A stretch of 64,000 nucleotides of DNA from Candidatus Paceibacter sp. (GTDB taxonomy: Bacteria > Patescibacteriota > Patescibacteriia > Magasanikbacterales > UBA922). Under the pieces are notes generated by a model. The model searched no databases, had not been told where the DNA came from, and saw only the letters and a program-made list of their open reading frames with translations. The position numbers and the translations under genes were made by a program. Each line of letters starts with the position of its first letter. Position 1 is the first letter of the stretch. This document shows, one piece after another, positions 55,072-64,000 of this stretch. The stretch spans positions 1,504 through 65,503 of the forward strand of contig DYFM01000001.1 in the NCBI GenBank assembly GCA_020725175.1, in the 5' to 3' direction.

Positions 55072-56319
55072 TTAGAGCGGTATAGAAAAAATACCCGGTA
55101 CATTGACATCGGTGTAAAATAGAGTTTTACCGTCATCACTTAGAAACATGGATTGAACGGTCGGCGGAGTCTCTACCGGGATTTCGGTTTTTAGTCCGGT
55201 CTGGGTATCAATTTTCATAATTGAATCTTGGGTCGTGTTTCCGAGTCCTGGTTGAAATCCCGCACCAGCCGGAAGGTTTTGCGGCACACCACAGTACACA
55301 TATCGATCATCAGTTCCAAATCCGCATTTATTGGCCCAGGTGTTTACTTCAAGCAGTTTTCTACCGGTACCAATTTGATCTCCAGAAGCATTGACGACCC
55401 AGAGAGTTGGGTTGAAATTTGTTTGGTTACTAAAAGCACTGTAGAGAAGTTTTTCTCCGGTTGGTGACCATGCGGTAGTCAGGCCTCGTCCTTCAACGAT
55501 AGTTGATTTGAAGTTTTCTTTGTTTTGTCCAATAAAAAGGAGTTCTTGTCGATATGCGCCCAGTGGTTCACCAGTGAGAGCCATGCCAACTATTTGTTTA
55601 TTTGGTGACCAGTCAATGATTACTTGATCAGCATTTTCTCCAAGCGGTTCAATCAGAGAAATGTTGTTTCCGGTTGGATCTGAGGTGATGAGCCAGCGAT
55701 TTTCCGGAGAAAATCCCAGGCTTTTGGCAGCGATTTTGTCCGATTGTGGAGAGAAAGAAAAGTTTTCCCAGTGTTTTGGTAGGGTAACTTGTTCTTTGGA
55801 GTCAAAATTGTAGTAAATGTTGGAGCCATCCGGATACTCTATGATTGTTTCATTTTTTTCTGGTGACCATACGACATTTGCTACATTAAAAAATGTTTGT
55901 TCGCTTAAGAGTTCGAGACTTCCGTCGGGTAAAAGACGATAAAATTTTCCATCTTGTTTATTGTAAAATTTGGCTGCACCCAGAGTGTCTTTGGTGGCAG
56001 CGAGTACCGGTACATCAATGAGCTGTACGCTGGCTGGAAGGACGAAGCTGGGTTCAGATGAACCAGGTTGTTGGGTTGTTGGGGGGGTGGTTCCGGGAGT
56101 TTGACCGGGAGTTGGGAGAGAACCTGGTTGGTCAGTGACACTGCCGCGTGTGCCACCTTGACCTGCTTCAGGAAATCCGTCAGTGGGAAGTGGTTGCCCA
56201 TCTGGACCAACCGGTCGAGGAGTGGGCTTGGGGGCAAAAAATACCATCCAAAGAAGAATACCGAGAATGATGGTGACAATGAGGAACCCGATGGCGAAAA
56301 GGAGGCGACGTTTGTCCAT
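55072..56319 (-). CDS. Membrane-anchored beta-propeller (TolB/WD40-like) protein with a Pro/Thr-rich linker
   Basis: N-terminal TM segment; repeated WSP/FSP blades; SDDGKTLFY. Confidence 0.75.
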   Translation of the reverse strand: MDKRRLLFAIGFLIVTIILGILLWMVFFAPKPTPRPVGPDGQPLPTDGFPEAGQGGTRGSVTDQPGSLPTPGQTPGTTPPTTQQPGSSEPSFVLPASVQLIDVPVLAATKDTLGAAKFYNKQDGKFYRLLPDGSLELLSEQTFFNVANVVWSPEKNETIIEYPDGSNIYYNFDSKEQVTLPKHWENFSFSPQSDKIAAKSLGFSPENRWLITSDPTGNNISLIEPLGENADQVIIDWSPNKQIVGMALTGEPLGAYRQELLFIGQNKENFKSTIVEGRGLTTAWSPTGEKLLYSAFSNQTNFNPTLWVVNASGDQIGTGRKLLEVNTWANKCGFGTDDRYVYCGVPQNLPAGAGFQPGLGNTTQDSIMKIDTQTGLKTEIPVETPPTVQSMFLSDDGKTLFYTDVNVPGIFSIPL

Positions 56320-56340
56320 ACAAGAAAATGTAATTAATGG

Positions 56341-57363
56341 TTATGCTGAACGAAGTTGGTTTAATCGTTGTGATATTCCCGCTATTTTTTGTTGAGTTTG
56401 TCCTAATTGAGCGGTAAGTTGTGGGATGCCATACTCTTGTTGGAGCTGTGCTATTCTAGCGGACAGCTCGTCTTGTAATCTCGTAATTTTGGATTTCAGT
56501 CGAGCTTTTTGAAAACGAAGTCTTCCGGCCATGGCAAATAAAAATCCGGCGCCTCCGGTAAGAATGAGAATGATAATAGGGATAATGGTAATGATTGAGA
56601 AAATTACTATTATCATGATTCCATAGAAAGCAAGATTAACTAATTTCAGACTAAACTTTAGTTGGGAAATTTGTTTGCGTAGACCCGACACTCTTTCGTC
56701 TTTATCGAGTCGATTTTTTGCCTGATTAAGTTGTTGAATTGTTTGTCGTTCTTCTTGCTGGAGTGCCGCGGCTTGCGTTTGAAGGGTTTGGACTTGTTGT
56801 TGGATGCTTTCTGAATCAGGAGGTGATTGGTCTGGTTGTGTTTCCGGTGGTTGTGTTTCATCAATATCGTTATTTGGTTGTTTGGTAGTATCTTCAGGTA
56901 GTTCGTTTTCCGGAGGAGATTGATCAAACGGTTGATATGGAGGTTGTTCTGTTGGTTCTCCTTGTTCCCCTTGTTGTTCCTCAGTGGTAGCCGATTTGTT
57001 TTGAGGAGTCGGTTCGTTTTTCGGTTGGGTTGATGATGGATTTTTTTCCTCTAGAGCATCATTGATTCTGTTTCGGGTGGACGGTTGCTCTGCAGCCGGG
57101 TTGTCAAACGCTTGACTCGGTTGAGACAGTGTTTCGTCGAGAGCGGACGTATCGGCGAAACTATCGAGGACTTCTTTGTTGGTAAAATTATCAACAGCAT
57201 TTTGAGCTGCGTCAGTAACGGCATCTTCCATGGTTGCTGCCGCTTCAGCGGCTGCCTGCTGTAATTCTTCTTCATTACTTACCGATCCAGGCCCTCCGGC
57301 AAAATTGAGAAACGCAGCCATGAGCGCGCCGGTTAATTTGCTGTGAAGTCCTGGTATGTTCAT
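56341..57363 (-). CDS. Hypothetical protein (acidic Q/P-rich region, coiled coil, C-terminal TM hairpin)
   Basis: Long open frame; composition-based call only. Confidence 0.7.
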   Translation of the reverse strand: MNIPGLHSKLTGALMAAFLNFAGGPGSVSNEEELQQAAAEAAATMEDAVTDAAQNAVDNFTNKEVLDSFADTSALDETLSQPSQAFDNPAAEQPSTRNRINDALEEKNPSSTQPKNEPTPQNKSATTEEQQGEQGEPTEQPPYQPFDQSPPENELPEDTTKQPNNDIDETQPPETQPDQSPPDSESIQQQVQTLQTQAAALQQEERQTIQQLNQAKNRLDKDERVSGLRKQISQLKFSLKLVNLAFYGIMIIVIFSIITIIPIIILILTGGAGFLFAMAGRLRFQKARLKSKITRLQDELSARIAQLQQEYGIPQLTAQLGQTQQKIAGISQRLNQLRSA

Positions 57364-57372
57364 ACGCAAACA

Positions 57373-57726
57373 TTAGCGCGATTGAGAAAAAGCAACTACG
57401 AGTCTGGCGCATTCAGTATAGTACATTTTCGTTTCTTTCTCAATATCCTTGGCAGTCAGTTTTCCTTGTTGTTTGAGGAGTGTCAGTGAAATGACACATA
57501 GTCGGGCTCGCAGATCAACCATTCTGTTGAGACGTCGTTCGGTGTCTGAGGTTTGTTGTTTGTCGTGTGCTTGCAAAAGTTGTGTTTTTTGAAATTGTAT
57601 TTCTTCAAGAATATTTTTTTGCTCCTCGTGTAACGTAAAACCGGCCTTGGAAAAGCGGCGGCCTTTTTGGGTGCGGAGTGCTGCTGCCCATTGTTGTTCT
57701 TGATCTGGGAGAGGTGAGACAGGCAT
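57373..57726 (-). CDS. Hypothetical protein
   Basis: 117-aa ORF packed between clpC and the next gene. Confidence 0.6.
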   Translation of the reverse strand: MPVSPLPDQEQQWAAALRTQKGRRFSKAGFTLHEEQKNILEEIQFQKTQLLQAHDKQQTSDTERRLNRMVDLRARLCVISLTLLKQQGKLTAKDIEKETKMYYTECARLVVAFSQSR

Positions 57727-57733
57727 GTGTAGT

Positions 57734-60283
57734 TTAGATAAGTCGATAACCTTGGTTGCTCTTTTTGAGCGTATAACGTTTTTTGCGTTGTTTTTTATCG
57801 AGTACTGTCATGACTTGTTCGTGAATGACGCGCTCTAAGTGGCGGGTAACATAGCGTGCGCCTGAATCGGAGGAGAAACATTCTTTGGTGAGGCTAGGAA
57901 GAATAGTCGAATCGAGTTGAATCACTATTTGTTGGACGTTTCGTACTTGTGCAAAAATCTCTTCTGTGTGTTTTTTTACAATAGTGGAAATGTGTTCTTC
58001 TGAAAGTGGGGTAAACAGAGAAATTTGATCTAAACGACTCATCAGCGCATTGCCCAATTCTTCTTTGATACGAGCGGTAACGGCCGTTTGTATTCGTGAA
58101 AGTCCGATCGGGTCATTGGTTTGTTTTTCAAATCCGATACCGGTAGTTTGAAAAAGTTCCGCTCCGATGTTGGCGGTCAGAATAATGATCGAATTTTTAA
58201 AAGAAATTTTTTTGCCGGTGCTGTCGGTGAGCTCGCCCTCGTCAAGGATCTGGAGAAGAAGTTTCAAGACATCTCTGTGGGCCTTGTCAATTTCATCATA
58301 CAAGACAACGGCATACGGTTTTTTTTGAACTTCATCGAGAAATCTATTCCGTTCTTTATACCCAACATACCCGGCCGGGGAACCGAGCAGTTTTGAAACT
58401 CCGTGCGATTCAGAAAACTCACTCATGTCGAGTTTTATCAGCGCGTTTGGTGACTGATACAGTTCTTTGGCAAGCTGTTTAGCCAGTTCGGTTTTTCCTA
58501 CGCCACTTGGTCCAACAAAAAGAAAAGACGCACGTGGTTTTCGTTCTTCTATTCCCCGTAATTCTCTTTGTTTAAGTGTTCGCACCAGATCGTGAATGAC
58601 CGGTTCTTGACCAATGATATGGGTGCTGAGACGTGTTCCGAGTTCATTAAGAGATGTCCATTCGTCTGCAATCAAAAGTGATGAATCGATGCCAAGTCGA
58701 TCAGCTAATACATTGGTAACATCTTCAGCTGTGACCGGCTCTGGTTTGGTGGAAGGTTTCTTTTTGTATTTCTTTTCAATCGTGTGCAGTTCTTTTTCTA
58801 GTGCAGCCAGTTCGTTTTTTATTTCCATCGCGCCGTCAAACTGTTCGGAAATTACCGCTTCTTCTTTTTTCTTTTTTAGTTCTTGCAATCGATCACGAAG
58901 CGTACGTAGTTTTGCGACATACGGCGGGGTAGGGCGTTTGGATCGAACACTGGCCGCGGCTTCGTCGATGAGGTCTATGGCTTTATCCGGAAAAAAATTA
59001 TCATGTACATAGCGACCGCTGAGAGAAACTGCCGCTCGAATTGCATCATCTTGAATAAGTGTTCCGTGATATTCGTCAAAATTTTCTTTCACTCCTTCTA
59101 AAATTTGAATGGTTTCATTGGCACTTGGTTCTTCTACGTGAATGGAAAGAAATCGTCGGGACAGTGCTGGATCATTGGAAATGTATTTTTTGTATTCATC
59201 AAATGTGGTTGCCCCGATACAGCGCAGTTGTCCTCGGGCCAAGGCTGGTTTCAACATGTTGGCTGCGTCCATAGTCCCTTGGTTTGATCCGGCGCCGATA
59301 ATGTTGTGAATTTCATCTATAAACAAGATGCAGTCTTCCCGATTACTGAGTTCGTCCATAATGTGTTTTAGTCTGCCTTCAAACTCTCCACGGTAAATCG
59401 TACCAGCTAAAAGAAGGGTAAGGTCAAGGGAAAGAATTTTTTTGTCTTTCAAAATGTCCGGTACATCGCCACTGGCTATACGGCGAGCCAATCCTTCGAC
59501 AATGGCGGTTTTCCCTACGCCTGGTTCTCCAACTAGAACCGGATTGTTTTTATGTCGACGTGCCAAGATGTGGATGAGACGGCTTATTTCTCTCTCTCGT
59601 CCAATTACCGGATCAATTTTCCTCTGTAACTGCTTCGCTGTCAGATCGATGGTAAACATCTCCAGGGCAGTTTGCTGTTTTGGTGCATGTTTCTTTTTTC
59701 CGGAGTGATTGGGGGTGATGCGGGGAGTGGATTGCGGATGGTTGGTTGGCGGCTGGTCAATCATTTGTTCTATTTGATCCATTGCATCAATCACGTCTTC
59801 TACGGCTGGGAATTTACTCACGCTGGCAAAGACGGTGTGAATTTGATCTTCAAGGTCGTCAAATGATATTTTTTGTTGTTTTAGAATCGCGTCTACCAAA
59901 GGATCTTCACAAATAATGAGCCCATGGAGAACGTGTTCGGTGCCAATGTAGTTGTGCTCATGTTCATAGGCAGAAAGCATGGCTTTTTCCAACACTTCTT
60001 TGGACTTGTGATTTAATTCTGGTAAGAGATTTGCTATCGGGTTGGTGGAGGTGGTGGCTGGTACTTTTACTCGTGAACGCAAGGAATCAGCGACAATTTG
60101 GCTGTTAAATTTGGATTTTTTCAAAATTTCCGCCGCCACTGATCCTGGTTCTTCGGCCAGGGCAATCAAGAGGTGGATTGGCAAGACCTCTTGTTCATTC
60201 AAAGATGCCGCTAAAGAAATTGCCCGCGCAATACTATTTTTGAGGTGGGTAGAGAGATTGTCAAGAAATTGTTTAGAATTCAT
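57734..60283 (-). CDS. clpC: ATP-dependent Clp protease ATP-binding subunit (ClpC/ClpA-like)
   Basis: Clp_N repeats, [29 protein letters not shown]-like middle, [20 protein letters not shown]. Confidence 0.92.
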   Translation of the reverse strand: MNSKQFLDNLSTHLKNSIARAISLAASLNEQEVLPIHLLIALAEEPGSVAAEILKKSKFNSQIVADSLRSRVKVPATTSTNPIANLLPELNHKSKEVLEKAMLSAYEHEHNYIGTEHVLHGLIICEDPLVDAILKQQKISFDDLEDQIHTVFASVSKFPAVEDVIDAMDQIEQMIDQPPTNHPQSTPRITPNHSGKKKHAPKQQTALEMFTIDLTAKQLQRKIDPVIGREREISRLIHILARRHKNNPVLVGEPGVGKTAIVEGLARRIASGDVPDILKDKKILSLDLTLLLAGTIYRGEFEGRLKHIMDELSNREDCILFIDEIHNIIGAGSNQGTMDAANMLKPALARGQLRCIGATTFDEYKKYISNDPALSRRFLSIHVEEPSANETIQILEGVKENFDEYHGTLIQDDAIRAAVSLSGRYVHDNFFPDKAIDLIDEAAASVRSKRPTPPYVAKLRTLRDRLQELKKKKEEAVISEQFDGAMEIKNELAALEKELHTIEKKYKKKPSTKPEPVTAEDVTNVLADRLGIDSSLLIADEWTSLNELGTRLSTHIIGQEPVIHDLVRTLKQRELRGIEERKPRASFLFVGPSGVGKTELAKQLAKELYQSPNALIKLDMSEFSESHGVSKLLGSPAGYVGYKERNRFLDEVQKKPYAVVLYDEIDKAHRDVLKLLLQILDEGELTDSTGKKISFKNSIIILTANIGAELFQTTGIGFEKQTNDPIGLSRIQTAVTARIKEELGNALMSRLDQISLFTPLSEEHISTIVKKHTEEIFAQVRNVQQIVIQLDSTILPSLTKECFSSDSGARYVTRHLERVIHEQVMTVLDKKQRKKRYTLKKSNQGYRLI

Positions 60284-60320
60284 AGGGAATAGTTGTTTTT
60301 ACTAATAGGTACTATGTATC

Positions 60321-60492
60321 TTACGGATTACGGATAATACGGAGGTACGGATAATTGTTTTGCAGAGTAAGCTAGTAAGCAGAATAGGCAGAGTAAGAGT
60401 ACAAAACACCATAGCTTATTCTGCTTACTCTGCGTACTTGCATATTCTGCCCGGTTCAACATCTGTATCTCCGTATTATCCGTAATCCGTAA
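60321..60492. mobile_element. About 170-nt nested inverted-repeat (MITE-like) element, copy 2
   Basis: Perfect 24-bp terminal inverted repeat ttacggattacggataatacggag / ctccgtattatccgtaatccgtaa; inner arms gcagagtaagctagtaagcagaataggcagagtaag / cttattctgcttactctgcgtacttgcatattctgc. Confidence 0.85.
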
Positions 60493-60566
60493 AACAAAAT
60501 TTGCAAAAAATTCCTCCTTCACGTTATACTAATCATACATGATAATTCCTTCTAAATCAACTACAT

Positions 60567-62426
60567 ATGACAGTAGATGTTTTTTCTAGTCAACTTTCAG
60601 AACTTCGAACACTTGGTTTGGTTGATTCGGCCAGCCAAAAAATTGAAAAATGGCTCAATGAAGAATCATACGAAGCGTTTCGTTCCGAAATTTTGGCTCT
60701 CATTGAAGCAAAAAATGTGAGCGAACTCAATGACGCGTTTTATCAAGTTATTCCTTTTGGTACCGGAGGGCGACGTGGAAAAATGGGGGTGGGGCCAAAT
60801 CGCATCAATACACGTACTATTGCTGAGTCGGCTCAGGGTTTTGCGGAATATCTCAAAAAACACTTTGGTGAAGAAGAGGTGAAGCGGCGGGGAATGGTGG
60901 TGACATACGATGTTCGGCATAATTCCCGACGGTTTGCTGAGGTAGCGGCGAGTGTGTTTGCGGCCAATGGAATTACCGTATACTTTTTTGACGGTGTACG
61001 AGCAACACCGCAGATTTCTTTTACTATTCGGTATAAACATGCTGTTGGTGGGGCCATGATTAGCGCGAGTCATAATCCGCCAACAGATAACGGGATAAAG
61101 GTTTATTGGGAAACGGGCGGGCAGGTCGTGCCACCGCATGATGTTGGGATTATTTCTGAAGTAGGAAGTGTTCAACACATTGTTCAGGCAGATTTTCAAA
61201 AGGCGGTAGCACAAGGCAAGATTGTGTTACTCGGGAGTGATGCTGACCAAGCTTATCATGATGCTGTTGCGAATTTGTCTTTGGGGCCCTATCGAGATGT
61301 CCATATTGTTTTCAGCCCGCTACACGGATGTGCTACTACCTCATTTTTACCGGTTCTTGAGCAAATGAACTTTACTGTTATTGAGCGAGTTGAGCCGCAA
61401 ATGACGCCTGACCCGGAATTTTCGGCTGTGGAAAAACAAACGCCAAATCCGGAAGTACCAATCGCTATGCGTCAAGCGGTGGAACAAGCCAAAGCAAACG
61501 GTGCGGATTTGGCTTTGGCAGCTGATCCGGACGCGGATCGAATCGGGGTAGTCGGAAGAAAGAGTTTTTCAAGTGATGAGTATGTGTTTTTTAATGGCAA
61601 TCAAATTTCCGTCTTATTGTTTGATTATATTACCAGCGAACTAAAACAGCAGGGGAGACTTACAAAGAATGCGGTCCTGGTAAAAACTATTGTTACAACA
61701 GAACTGTTGACCAAAATTGCGCAAGATAATGGTGTAGAAGTTATTCCGGATTTGCCGGTAGGATTTAAATATATTGGTGATGCGATAGAACAGCGATTGA
61801 CAGGAAAGGTGTTTTTGTTTGGTGCTGAAGAAAGTCATGGGTATTTGTATGGTACTTACGCGAGAGAAAAAGATGGAGCGGTGGGGGCAATGCTTATTTC
61901 CGAGTATGCTGCCAAACTAAAACAAGAAGGAAAAACTTTGTATGAGCGGTTGGAGGAAATTAAAAAACAGTATGGATATTTTCGAGAACTGTTGCAAGCG
62001 ATTTATTATCAAGGAATGGATGGGATGGAAAAAATGCTCGCTATTATGAACAATTTTCGTGCGCAATTACCTACTGAGGTGGATGGAAAACGAGTACATA
62101 TTGTACTCGACCAACTTGCCAAGAAGTTCATTGATCCACATACCGGCGAAGAAGTAGGTGAATATGTAGGGTTTCCGGATAATGCGTTGGTATTCTATTT
62201 AAATGAAGAACGAACGAAACGAATTGTGGTGCGACCTTCGGGTACTGAACCGAAGATTAAATTCTACGTTGCTATCGGTGAGGATGTTGGGCTTGAGGTA
62301 ACCGAAGAGAAATTTGAACAAGTAAAACAGCAGGTTGATGCTACCGCTTTCGCGGTGTTGGAAGATATCGTTAGTCGGGCGGAAAAAGTTTCTAATGGAG
62401 GAAAACGATTTGAGGTGTTGGGTTGA
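60567..62426 (+). CDS. pgm: Phosphoglucomutase/phosphomannomutase family protein
   Basis: FGTGGRRG, SASHNP, DPDADR, GAEESHG, RPSGTEPKIK. Confidence 0.93.
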   Translation: MTVDVFSSQLSELRTLGLVDSASQKIEKWLNEESYEAFRSEILALIEAKNVSELNDAFYQVIPFGTGGRRGKMGVGPNRINTRTIAESAQGFAEYLKKHFGEEEVKRRGMVVTYDVRHNSRRFAEVAASVFAANGITVYFFDGVRATPQISFTIRYKHAVGGAMISASHNPPTDNGIKVYWETGGQVVPPHDVGIISEVGSVQHIVQADFQKAVAQGKIVLLGSDADQAYHDAVANLSLGPYRDVHIVFSPLHGCATTSFLPVLEQMNFTVIERVEPQMTPDPEFSAVEKQTPNPEVPIAMRQAVEQAKANGADLALAADPDADRIGVVGRKSFSSDEYVFFNGNQISVLLFDYITSELKQQGRLTKNAVLVKTIVTTELLTKIAQDNGVEVIPDLPVGFKYIGDAIEQRLTGKVFLFGAEESHGYLYGTYAREKDGAVGAMLISEYAAKLKQEGKTLYERLEEIKKQYGYFRELLQAIYYQGMDGMEKMLAIMNNFRAQLPTEVDGKRVHIVLDQLAKKFIDPHTGEEVGEYVGFPDNALVFYLNEERTKRIVVRPSGTEPKIKFYVAIGEDVGLEVTEEKFEQVKQQVDATAFAVLEDIVSRAEKVSNGGKRFEVLG

Positions 62427-62550
62427 AATCAGAAGTTGTCTCCTCCTTTTTTGTAAGGAAAGGAGGTTGAAAGGATTGGTTGTGTTAAGAGGTGTCTCGG
62501 TCACATTTACCGGTGTTTTAGTATAGATGACAACAACAAAAAATCATCCG

Positions 62551-62979
62551 TCACAGCGGATGATTTTTGAGATACTCAAGTATGTGTTGAAGACTAATCG
62601 TTTTTGGCAAGTCGCCCATTTCTTGTATTGTAAACCAATCAAGCAAGTCACATTTGTGTGGTTCCATAATCTGAGGAGTGCCCTTGGAAATGGTACAAAT
62701 ATAGGTAGTGGTTACCCAATGTTGTTTTTCTTCGGGAATGATATGGTTGAAATTGTGAAGTTGCTGAATTATTTCAACGTCTACGCCAAGTTCTTCTTTG
62801 GCTTCCTTTTGTACTGTCTTTTCAAGCGTATCGCCAAACTCTACCATTCCTCCTGGTAGGCTCCACTTGTTGGGTTCATTGCGTACTTCTTTACCACGTT
62901 TGAGAAGGAGAATTTTTCTTTCTTCATTCATAATGAGGATACCTACTCCAACGCTGATGTAGTCTTTACCGGGGATCAT
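62551..62979 (-). CDS. Nudix hydrolase
   Basis: WSLPGGMVEFGDTLEKTVQKEAKEELGV; EPHKC. Confidence 0.9.
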   Translation of the reverse strand: MIPGKDYISVGVGILIMNEERKILLLKRGKEVRNEPNKWSLPGGMVEFGDTLEKTVQKEAKEELGVDVEIIQQLHNFNHIIPEEKQHWVTTTYICTISKGTPQIMEPHKCDLLDWFTIQEMGDLPKTISLQHILEYLKNHPL

Positions 62980-63105
62980 AGGGAATTGTTTGGTTGATTA
63001 GTTTATTGGTTTTTTGTTGAGGATAAAGGTTGGGGTAGTTGATGAGAACTGTTTCATCAGATAATGTAGAATGAAAAAAATGGTATTACGATTCAAGGGA
63101 TGTAT

Positions 63106-63876
63106 TTATTCCTGTAACCTACGTACGATAGCGGTTGCGACTGTTCTTGGTACGAAGCGGTTGAGGAAGGTGAGAGTAGTGTTTTTCCATCCGGGTATAA
63201 CAACTGTTTTTCCTTTCATGAGTCCACTGTAGCCTACTTCAGCTACAGATTTAGCTGTAGGGATGTTGCCGGTAAACAGTGAACCGCTATTCATCTGTGA
63301 TCGTTTTTGAAATTCCGTCTCAGTTGGTCCAGGGCAGAGCGTGGTTACTGTGATACCGGTTCCTTTGAGTTCGTTTGCGAGCGCTTCGGAAAAAGATAAT
63401 ACGTAGGCTTTGGTAGTAAAATATACAGCCATGAGAGGCCCGGGTTGAAAGGCGGCGGTAGAAGCGACATTGAGAATTTTACCAGATTTTTGAGTAATCA
63501 TTTGTGGGAGAAAGAGTTTGGTGAGAGCGGTGAGAGAGGAAATATTTACCTGAATCATGTTCAGTTCTTCTTGTAACTTTGTATCTTTGAAAAAACCATA
63601 GGTTCCAAAGCCGGCATTGTTGACAAGAGTGTTAACCTGAAGATGGTATTCTTTGGTCAGGTGGTACAATTCTTCCGGGGCCGAGGGCTGCGAGAGATCT
63701 TTCGGAAACACGTGGACAGATATGTTGTGTTTAGATTCAAGTTCACTTTTTAATTGTAGTAATTTTGTTTCATTGCGAGCCACCAAGAAAAGGTCAGATC
63801 CTTCTTGCGCAAAAATACGGGCGAGTTCAAGGCCTATGCCACTGGATGCGCCGGTAATGAGGGTTGTTTTTTTCAT
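63106..63876 (-). CDS. Short-chain dehydrogenase/reductase (DltE-like)
   Basis: ITGASSGIG, LVNNAGFG, YFTTK (YxxxK), CPGPTET. Confidence 0.93.
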   Translation of the reverse strand: MKKTTLITGASSGIGLELARIFAQEGSDLFLVARNETKLLQLKSELESKHNISVHVFPKDLSQPSAPEELYHLTKEYHLQVNTLVNNAGFGTYGFFKDTKLQEELNMIQVNISSLTALTKLFLPQMITQKSGKILNVASTAAFQPGPLMAVYFTTKAYVLSFSEALANELKGTGITVTTLCPGPTETEFQKRSQMNSGSLFTGNIPTAKSVAEVGYSGLMKGKTVVIPGWKNTTLTFLNRFVPRTVATAIVRRLQE

Positions 63877-64000
63877 GCTTGTTCAGTTATAGCGAAAAAA
63901 AACCACAATAATAAGTATTTTCTTCGGTACTTCATTTTACGGATTAAAGTTTCTTTATTTTGCTATTTCATCATTTCGTACCGGAATGAACTACAACATC

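Noticed and set aside
62527-62859. 110-aa plus-strand ORF
   Set aside because: It overlaps antisense to the clear Nudix gene at 62551-62979 and has no recognisable motif

Overview
Chromosomal window from a small-genome bacterium, most likely Patescibacteria/CPR. That assignment is inference: rpmD is missing between rpsE and rplO, few Shine-Dalgarno motifs are visible, RelA/SpoT is short, VirB2-like pilin fusions are present and tRNA-Arg has a GCG anticodon. The window holds the end of the S10/spc ribosomal operon (rpsC to secY, adk, map) and many housekeeping genes (recO, asnS, aspS, scpAB, parAB, rel, topA, dprA, pth, der, recG, guaB, radA, clpC, pgm). It also has two tRNAs, a GT-C/GT2 glycosylation pair and a cluster of pilin-fused peptidoglycan hydrolases. 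The most unusual signal is a set of small repeat elements. (1) Inverted arrays of 7-9 nt tandem repeats sit in junctions of conserved operons; one pair flanks a four-helix-bundle (23S rRNA IVP-like) gene and the others are empty. (2) 30- and 36-nt double-hairpin palindromes are inserted without target duplication into tandem degenerate copies of tRNA-Arg, and a 30-nt copy sits in frame in recG. (3) Further in-frame hairpin insertions occur in aspS and an RsmF-like gene. (4) A Y1/RAYT-like transposase gene is broken by an in-frame stop. Other candidates are a Nudix plus RelA/SpoT-synthetase-like fusion upstream of guaB, an SGNH-pilin-lytic transglycosylase fusion, and a PEPCK-like gene split at an A10 tract. 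All calls are from motif recognition by eye; no searches were run.
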